Assembly (NCBI GenBank): GCA_000708835.1
Contig: DF237204.1
Coordinates: forward strand, 1 to 64,000
Direction: 5' to 3'
DNA from: Klebsormidium nitens
Taxonomy: Eukaryota; Plantae; Klebsormidiophyceae
DNA length: 64,000 nt
The position numbers were made by a program, and so were the translations under genes. Shown one piece after another: positions 55,143 to 64,000 of the stretch (positions are counted from its first letter, which is position 1; each line of letters opens with the position of its first letter). The notes beneath the pieces were generated by a model. The model searched no databases and had not been told where the DNA came from. It was given only the letters and a program-made list of their open reading frames with translations.

Positions 55143-56085
55143 CAGAAGGGTCCCCCATGCGCTGCCAGGAGGACCTGACAGGGGAGGGCTTGCCGGATCA
55201 ACGGCCCATCAAATACGCGGTGACGATGATGAGGTGCTTTAGCTGGCACTTTGCTGAGGTGGTAACTGATGGACTTCCCTCTGCAACAGGGCAGCTGAGC
55301 TCGAAACTTGACTGCTACAGAAACACCAAATCAAGCTCAAATGCAATGGAAGACTTTGCTCAGAGTTGTAAACTGTATGTCAAGGCTCGAGTGACCAGAC
55401 ACGGTCAACATGCTCATGTTCCGTTCGGCTGGAGAAAACCTGAGGGGAACACTGATTAAATGGTGCACATCTAACTGCTACAGCATGTTCTTAGCAACGT
55501 CGGGCAACCGTTCAGCTGTGTGTCTTTCAGAGAGCGAAAAGCGCTTAATGGGGCTCTTCGCTCCTACCTATTTGCATATTCTCCTAAAAAGAAAAGAGCA
55601 AATCCCATCCATGGGCGATAGGCGCCTATGTAATTTCAAGCACAAGTCTGCAGATGTTTCCATCTAAATGAATAGAAGAACCTTCCTCACCATGGGCCCT
55701 CTTTGACACACCGTGTGCCCGATCCGAGTTGCTCAACAGCTGGTTTGTGAGCTGAAGGCCACGTCTGCAATGGAAGCACCAAAGCATGATCTGCTCTGCT
55801 GAAGTACTGTCAAACGCTCCGCGAGTGGCTTTTTTGAGCAGATCATTCCTCCAATCAACTCAAAGAGGCTACGATCGGTAGAGGACGTGCACGGCAAATA
55901 CTCATGGTTGTCAGGTAAAAGCCAGCTTGAAACCATGCATGTATGCGAACATTGTTTGCCTAAAAGCGCAAAAAGTGATGGTCAATGGTCCACTAATGTT
56001 TATATGCCTGGGCATGAATGCTGCTGTTCCTTTGCCTATGTCTGAAATGGTTTCTGATGCCTGCTGAGCTCAGCAATTTACTTAC

Positions 56086-56479
56086 AGACTTTGGCTATGT
56101 TTTCATGGTTGCTCATGTCTGCTGAGCTCAGCATGCCAATTTCAAGGTTGAAGGTACACACCAATCTGACACGGACGCTTGAAATGATATCATGCTCAGA
56201 GGATGAGGATACGGGTTGTCTATTCATCGATTGTTTTTGAACCCTTAAATGAACGTGGTTCACTAACCTGGAACCATAACTGCGAGGCAGGTCAGCATCT
56301 GCCCTGACCAGTCGCTCTGCGATGGCCTCCACACCTAGTCTCTCTGCCCTTGCTTTGCGCAGCCTGCTGCTCAGAAACGCCCTTTGCACGATGAGCGCCG
56401 CAATGTGCCCAGAGTTTCCCCCAAGCTTTTGGCTCAATTGCTCATCATGACTCACTGCTATGTCCCCTTCTTCAGCCAT
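56086..56479 (-). CDS. Putative first exon (IQ-like motif), probably of the disordered-protein gene downstream
   Basis: ATG 56479 ORF MAEEGDIAV...AALIVQRAFLSSRLRKARAERL... ending at a GTAAGT donor. Confidence 0.5.
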
Positions 56480-56916
56480 GCTGGTATTGGGTTTGCGACA
56501 AAGTGGTTTCCACCCTTGCTTAGGAGAACACTTGTCTTGCTTAGTTTATGATGACGTCAGAAGAGGTATGCTGTATTGCATGCTCCCTCAAAGTCAATAA
56601 TGTGACATATACCGCCCAGAATACCTGAGCATACGGCCCGCCGGCTTGGAGCAGGCTTTTTACAAACTTGATGCATCACCCGTACTTATCAAATAGAGAA
56701 AGCATTGGCTAGCACCCCATGTCAGTTCCGTCAATCCTGACGTTGCACGTCCAAGCCGCACAAAGGCAGGGCTTCGCACAGACGTAACGCACTTTTTCGA
56801 GAGTTCATTCATAGCGGCCATAGAGTTTTAGGTACCTATCCACTTTGATTCCTTCCCTCTGCATCCAACAATTCATGGGGTTCCTGGTCTCCTGGGGACT
56901 AGGTACCTACCTACCT

Positions 56917-56956
56917 ACTGTTGTAGACTGTTGTAGACTGTTGTAGTTGTAGACTG
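56917..56956 (+). repeat. Short tandem repeat (ACTGTTGTAG)x3 plus partial copy, preceded by TACC repeats
   Basis: actgttgtagactgttgtagactgttgtagttgtagactg. Confidence 0.9.
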
Positions 56957-57950
56957 CGACCTTGCTACTTTTTAGGGTTCCTCATTTGAATGCTAGGGAA
57001 AGAGCACATTCGACGGTTGCCACTAAGAAGGCCAACGGCCGCGATGACTCGACACTCGTTCACGTGAAGCTGCGACCGTCCAGTTTTAGCCCTGCTATTA
57101 TTAGAACTTGCAAGCCAGACTCAACTTGCACATTGAACTGTTCAAACGTGCGTACGTCAGAATCCGATGTGGGAATGTGGAGCCAGGGCCGGGCGCAAAG
57201 GTAAAATACGGCCAGCTCTAGTTGCGTGGATGTATGTCCCGGGCTCCTCTCGGGGAACTGTTGATCAGCTCACTTCTCCACGAGAGTGGTCGGGGCGATC
57301 CCGGCCGGGTGCACAGCCACTCTTACTGGCTGAAGAGATGTGAGCCGTTCACTGCGGATTCTGTATGCAAATGAACGGCCAGGTTTGGCCGTCGCTTGAT
57401 ATACCCGCACTCAGCAACAGCTTGCTGTTTGGAAGGGGTCCTTCCGAACAAGCTGTGGACATGAGCTCGAAGCAGCCATAAACCGTGTTTCCAGCAGGTT
57501 GCTCGAGCAGGAGAGAGCAAGCTGTATCGGACTCCGACAAGTATTGCTGCTCAACCTTCTAGAGATTTGGTAGAACACGAAGAAGACGTCGTCAGCTGCT
57601 CGCACGCTGCATAATCGGACTTACACACGCACACTCAGATTCAACATGATCATCCTGTTAGATAAAAGTAGGTGCCTTGATGAAGGTATGCGACCTGATG
57701 TTGGAGTGTAACAACCAGATCTATGTCTCTCTAACGGAAATGCAATGCCTAGTCTCGATGGGATTCAAGCCAGAATGCTGCAATACTAAGGTGCAACCTG
57801 CAGGCATAATTAAGGGCAGTCAGCTTATGCAGCTCCCGGAAGCAAAGGACGTGAGCGTGGTGCTACTGAAGCCAGGCGTGTCTGCATTTGACGATTAGCG
57901 CTTTAGATTTCTGCAATTAGCGAGGTCGGCAGAGCTGGCTTGAAGACAGG

Positions 57951-60900
57951 ATGCAGTCGTTTGCTCGAGGGCTTGTGTCAAAGAAGAAGCGGAGGTACAA
58001 GGAAAATGGCTTCGACCTGGACCTCAGCTGTACGTCGTAGGCCTCCCTGCAGGGCCCTAGGTTCTGTGTTCGAAGTGTGCAATCTATTCTCCAGTTTTGA
58101 CGCCGTGCTCCCATGTTTGTTGATTTAACACCGATCGCGAGCCCCTTTGTAGAGCTCTTCTTACGCTTTAGAGCTGCAAAAACCAAAAATGCTGAGAAGC
58201 GGCCCATACAGGAAGGCTCGTGACTGGCCTCGGGTCACCACACGACTCAGTACACTTTATCTTCCATCTTGAATTGCAAATGCTAAAAAGTGAGCATAGA
58301 CATTCAAAAGATGAAACATCAGATATTAACATGCGTCGCCGCCGTATACCCTGACATCATAACATTGTCATGGTTCACAAGTCATTCCTTCAGTTGCAGT
58401 TCCTCCTGTGCTCAGATGATGAAGCAGATTGACCCGCAAGGGCCCCCTGGGTATGCAAGCCGCGGCATATACGTAAGTTTGACAAGCTCCCAATACCAAT
58501 TTAAGAGGCCCTGTCCTGCCTCTTACTGCAGACATCACGCCGCGCATCATCGCCATGGGTTTCCCATCAGAAGGTACAGAAGGCATCTACCGCAACCCGC
58601 TGTCCGAAGTCTTGCGCCTCCTCACCAAGATGCATGACAACCACTACCTCGTCTTCAACCTGTGAGCGGCGCAGAGAGACCCTTCGAATCCTATGTCTGC
58701 ACAATGCGTGGTTCTCTTTACTGTGTGCTGATAAGCATTGTCATGGCAAGCAGTCTAAGTGTTCAGACAATGGCTTTGAATGCGAACAAATGGTGTTGAT
58801 GGCCTAAGCTAAATTCGAATTACAGCTGCTCTCAAGACGGCTGCCCCTGGTTGATATAAGAAGTCAATGTGGTTCTTTTTGCCAGAGTGCTGCCGCAAGA
58901 TCGTCTCAAGGGCAGCTGGCTTACCATCAAACGTTACTCTGCAGCCTTGGCTGCTTTCACTTCCTGGCAATGCTTGCTGCAAATCCTTCCATAGGGGAGG
59001 CGAGACGAAAGCAATGAACAAAAGGACCGCTGATTGATCATGGAAGCGGACGGCATGCTCACGCCAGACAGAACACCATAATCAGAAGGGCAAGGATCTC
59101 GGAAGTATCTGAGCTTGACAACCAATCAGCTCAAAGGCAGAGGGCTCACATAGGGAAAAGCCATAATTGGAAATCTTACGCAGGATTGGTCGACTTGGAA
59201 GACACCCCTTAGCGAGACAGTCAAGACTCAACCAACTAAAGGCCTGCTTCTCCTCTTTCACGTTTCAGATGCTCGGAACGGGCGTATGATGCGGAGAAGT
59301 TCAACGGCCAAGGTGAGCAATACGAAAACCCTGTGTTCCTTTTGGCAGTCTCCAAGCCCGCTAGCTCATCTGCTCTCTCGTAGGGCACTTCTTCGGTCGT
59401 TTCGAATCTACAAAGACTCAGCCGTCGTGTCGTTTACATTCCGCATTAATGGAAAGCAATTTTGCTGATCATGTTAAAGGGATATACATGGGGTGACTGC
59501 AAAAGTTGTCCTCAGCAGCACCAATCATTTCCAGCGGATCCGTCTCTTGCTGACGACGGTCCGATTGATCCAATTACAGTGGAGCGGATACCGTTTGACG
59601 ACCATCAAGCCGCCCCCCTCGAGGTTATCCAAGCCTTTTGCCTGAAAGCCGTAAGCAATGCACCCTCATGAAACAAATAGGCCTTGGGCTTCGAATAGCG
59701 GTTTCACTGTCATTTGCCAACTTATGAAGAGTTCTCTTTGCACGATGCTGGATTTGACAGGGATCTGTTCAATATGTCTTTGGACGTACAAATGGAGCTT
59801 GAACACTGCAGTCGTGCAAAAGCCAGTTTCTGGTCTGGAGGGATCGTTTGAAGATTCGGTTGGCTTCAGTGTCCGGCTGCGACATGCGAAAGGCTGCTGC
59901 AACCACGAAGCCCAAATGAGTCGTGAGAGGCAGCCGCCGCGTAGATGAGTCTCCTCCATAGTGATCCTTTCAAAAGCCAGGTTTGATAAGCAGAAAGATC
60001 CAGAGCGTAGAGATCGCAGCTTCCAGGTTGTAAAGCACAGGAATCCACTGCAGCCTGGATCCAAGAAGCGAGTCCAGCTCTGTTTCTTTGTGCGTCCTTG
60101 ATTTTCCACCTCAGATTGAGGACATGAATTCCTCAAGGCGCACTCCCCCGTTCGCGGAGTCCAAAGCCTTATATCAGAAGTTCCACCCCTTGAGTTATCA
60201 CCTCTTCCATTTCCCCCCCCCTTGGCTACTCAGGACGCGTGGCTGGCGCGGCACCCCCAGAACGTGATCGTGGTGCACTGCAAGGCGGGCAAGGGCCGCA
60301 GCGGCCTCATGATCTGCGCGCTGCTGCTCTTCCTGGAGCTCATGCCCGACCCGGACACCGCCATGCGCTTCTACGCGGACAAGCGGACCAAGAACGGCAA
60401 GGTGCGGACGTGCGGACGTTCAAATAAGTGCCCGTATACGAAAATAGCTTGTTTGTGGCTGGGGCCTCGAGCGTAACCTGAACAATTGGTCTTCAAACGA
60501 AGAGATGTGCGATGCGATACTCAGGAGAAGGTAGAACCTTCTCCACTTCGTTTCTGGCTAGGTAATCCTGATCAACCACTTCAATTTGTCAGATGCTTAC
60601 TGAAGCCCAAAGTGACACGGGTCCAAGCTGCCCACGAAACAGCATTCAAAACGGTCGAAGCTGGAGGAAACTTTGCGTTCTCCATTTCTAAGCCGCTTGG
60701 CAATAACACAATAACTGTCTCAGAATCTTCGGTTTTCACCGAACCTGGCGTGGGGGCAGGTCGTTGAAAAAGGATCGGGATCTTTGCGAGCTTCTAAAAC
60801 CGAAGACGTGTCCTTCTCTCGCAGGGAGTGACCATCGCCAGTCAGCGGCGGTATGTGCGGTACTACAACGACAGCCTGGTGAATGGGCCCCGGCCTGCGG

Positions 60901-62828
60901 CCATGCTTCGACTGGTCCAGGTCAAAGTGACGGCCACGATCGCGGTGAAAGGAGGTGCGTCGCGACGTTCTTCGTTGCCACTGCTTCCGAAGCAGGATCT
61001 AGCTGATGTACAGGAACACAAATCCTAAGTAGCAGGGAATCCGCTGGAGATGCAACAGTTACGAACTTAAGGAATGGGAGCCGAACCGAGAAATCTGATA
61101 AGCTCCAGGTGTAGAGTCCCAGATTGGAATCTCTTGACAAGACCTGGCAGAATGGAACCTGGTCTCCAGTCTGAAAGAAGCAGGGAGGTGATGCGACGTC
61201 CAATCTGGGCTCCCAAACGGGAGTTCGTATTCTGGTAGCTATTTCTGCAAGAAGGTATTAGCCGAGACAATTGATGTTTCGAGCAGGGGGTCTGGTAGCT
61301 ATGGCTGACGTCGGTTTTTCTTGTGCAGACGTAATCCTAGTCGTCTCGTGCAACAACGGCACGGGAGACTATAACGTGACGCCGGTACTTACGTCAACCG
61401 TAAGCCATCTCAGGAAAACTGCACGTCTTCTCACAAGTTCTCCGGTACTGAAGCCACGACTTTTCAAATCGTGCTGTTGCGAGCGGAGGATTACATCATA
61501 CGATTGTGCGAGCCGTATCTTCATGAGCTACCGGGATACATGCTGCCCGCTGTCACTTTTTCCAACCTTCCGGAGCATTCGAAGGTGATGCTTGACTGTA
61601 ACTTACAAGTTTTTCTCCTTCGTCCACTGCTCAAGCAGCTACGTTTACTTGGAGAAGAACTTCTTGTGTTCATCTGAAGTAAGCAATCGGGGTTGCCGGG
61701 CCGCAGGAGGAGGGCAGCATACGGAGCTTGAACCGGCAGATCGTACGGCGGACGCTGACCCTGGACGTCCGGCCGGTGCTGCTGATGGGGGACGTCAAGG
61801 TGCAGCTGTTCGACAGGAAGATCGCCAAGGACGTGAGTGGAAGAGAGAGATTGTTACTTCATTTGATCCAAGAGAAAGGATACAGATGTACCTCTGGACG
61901 CGAATTCGGAGGTACGAAGGAACCTTCGAAAGGAAGACGATTTGCTATATTAAACGGACCTTCACCGAAGTGCGATGGAGTGCATCGGAAGGGTACTCGT
62001 GCTCCCAACCGTCAAAATGATTAATCACTTCCTATCTGATTCAAGGCATTTAGATGGTGCGTCAATTGATACCCCACCTGATACGCTCGACGGATTGAAG
62101 TTCTGACCCAACAGAAGGAGCACCTTTCTCCATGTAAACCCTGTACATTTGTTCAATGGCCTGTATGAAATAGATAATGTTTCTCATTCTAGAGACTTCT
62201 GGCACAGAGGTGTCAATGAAAAACTGCGACGCTCTCTCCTCGCCAGGCGTCTCTCTTCTACTGCTGGTTCAACACGGGCTACGTGGCAGAAGGCAAGTGG
62301 GCGGTGCAGCGGGACGAGATGGACAAGCCAGCCAAGAGGCAAGGGCTCCAATCGAGTTGACTTCACCAAGTTTTTTCAATCCCAGACCAGGAACAAATTG
62401 AAACGACGTTCAATTTCTCTGCTGCACATACTCTTGGGAAAATCCTCGTCTAGAGTCTTTTGGGAGGTGTTGAAAGCTTTCTGAAGCGGCGCTATCAAAG
62501 CGCCCAAACATAGAGCTTAAAAAAGGACGCGTATTTCAGAATTTTGAATTCCCCCATACACTCTGAAAGTCCGGGAATTGTTAAGAGCCCTTCTTTTTTG
62601 GCCAGACTCTTTTACCACTTCTTGCACGGCCTGAAGAAGCATTGCTCTGTATGCAGTCTCGAAGACGACCTGCGTTTGGAGCTCTCTTTTACCGCACCCA
62701 CGACTTCTGGCGCTCCTTCGGGACCTACAGACCCTGGTGCAGCACAAGCGGAAGACCGAGACTCGGACGGAGATGAAGATCCGTCCTTTCAGCGTCCTGA
62801 AAGTGGACACCCGCGTCCCGGCGGGTAA
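57951..62828 (+). CDS. PTEN: PTEN phosphoinositide/protein phosphatase with C2 domain; exons 57951-58029, 58532-58661, 59269-59312, 59580-59650, 60234-60401, 60825-~60955, ~61330-61390, ~61708-61832, ~62250-62338, 62657-62828
   Basis: [38 protein letters not shown]...YRNP...YLVFNLCSERAYD...PFDDHQAAP...[12 protein letters not shown]...[14 protein letters not shown]; C2 region GDVKVQLF...[11 protein letters not shown]...RDEMDKP. Confidence 0.96.
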
Positions 62829-64000
62829 GCTCAACGAATAAATGTACGCGAAAGAGGCACGCTTGTCTGTCGGGCATGCCTGTTTGATATGCAGACTGGA
62901 GGGATTGAAGAATTGGTGTTTCAGTTCGGGCCGATAATCCGCAGACTCAGAAGGATTGGGGATAAAAGTAATGGCACGGATTGCAAGGAGGGGGGCAGAT
63001 CTATATATCGTCTGCAGGTGAAGGGTTGTGCACAGCAACGACGTGCAACTTACGCAATGGTAACATTTCGCAACTTGTAAAGGGACATTAGAGGTACTTA
63101 AAGTGTAGAGAAGTATTGTTGCTAAGTTGGTTCGTTCCTCTCGGTCGCAGGCAAACAGGCCACAGATGGACGCCCGTTGGAACCGGGGGTCGGGCCGGCA
63201 CTGCTCAGCAAGATCAGCTGCCCGCCTCCACCAATCAGAGCTTGCCACCTGGCAGCACGCGGTCGCCACCCGCGACTGCCCAGAATCCAAACAGAACCGA
63301 GTTGGAAAGACGAACGGCCAGTCTGGGTGGCCCTTTAGGCTCCAAGAGTCGGGAGCAAAACGTGCGCGAGGCGAGAAAACGATCGTGCCAAATCATCATG
63401 CCGCATAAATGAGGATCGTTGCATTGCAGTAATTGAATACAGGCGAGCAATCTTGTTAACCACATCGGAGTTCCGTTTCGACTTCGCGTCATAAATCAGA
63501 TGCAAGGCGACTCAAAACAATGCTCTGCGTGTAGCTGCTTGCCGGGAAGTCCAGCCGACTTCATTGTCTGGTGCGCTTTAATGCAGATCAAGTCTGCCCC
63601 TAAGGAGTACCTCACTATTTTGATCTTGGTCGACAGACCCAATTTGGCGAAACAAGACTTGATTGGCTGAGGGCAGTGCAACATCTGACTTTGCGCCATG
63701 TTTCACTTGTCATTTCCAAACTATTGAATTTGCAGGTAGGGCGGAATCGGGTGCTGCCAGAAGCGGAAGCCTGGCGGCATCCTCCCGATACAGCTGCGAC
63801 GGGGGTCGCTGAACGAGTTGTTGCGTCGACATGTGCAAATAAGACAATCGTAAGCCTGATGTAAGAGGATCTGCATAATCGGGGTTCAGCCGGGGTGATG
63901 TAGTGCGCCCCAAATTCGAGCTTGCTTGCACTAGCCTGCAAACAGGTTCTGTCCAACTTGACCTCAAGAGAGATCCTTACAAAAGTGGAATGCCGACCAG

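Noticed and set aside
63116-63967. Several ORFs at the right edge
   Set aside because: No recognisable domain or coherent exon chain within the window; may belong to a gene beyond the edge.

Overview
Eukaryotic nuclear DNA with intron-rich genes (mostly GT-AG). The gene content (LBD transcription factor, WEB/DUF827 protein, dehydrin-like protein, nuclear-encoded plastid uL13c) indicates the streptophyte lineage. Compact, many-intron genes suggest a charophyte alga such as Klebsormidium; this is inference, not verified. The first ~6 kb is a decayed Ty3/Gypsy-like LTR retrotransposon (gag + protease, minus strand) spanning an assembly gap. Hand-spliced genes follow in this order: LBD TF (+), aldo-keto reductase (-), WEB/PMI2-family coiled-coil protein ending in a CaaX box (+), dehydrin-like protein carrying an articulin/alveolin-like Val-Pro-Glu repeat block (-), plastid ribosomal protein L13 (-), MICOS Mic10 (+), transmembrane RING-H2 E3 ligase (-), RNF121/175-like RING ligase (+), a small HicB-antitoxin-like gene or pseudogene (+), a large disordered protein (-) and an animal-type PTEN (+). 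The most notable items are the dehydrin/articulin-like fusion, the prokaryote-type HicB-like fold, and the putatively prenylated WEB-family protein. All family calls come from motif recognition by eye; no searches were run. No tRNA, rRNA or CRISPR arrays were seen.
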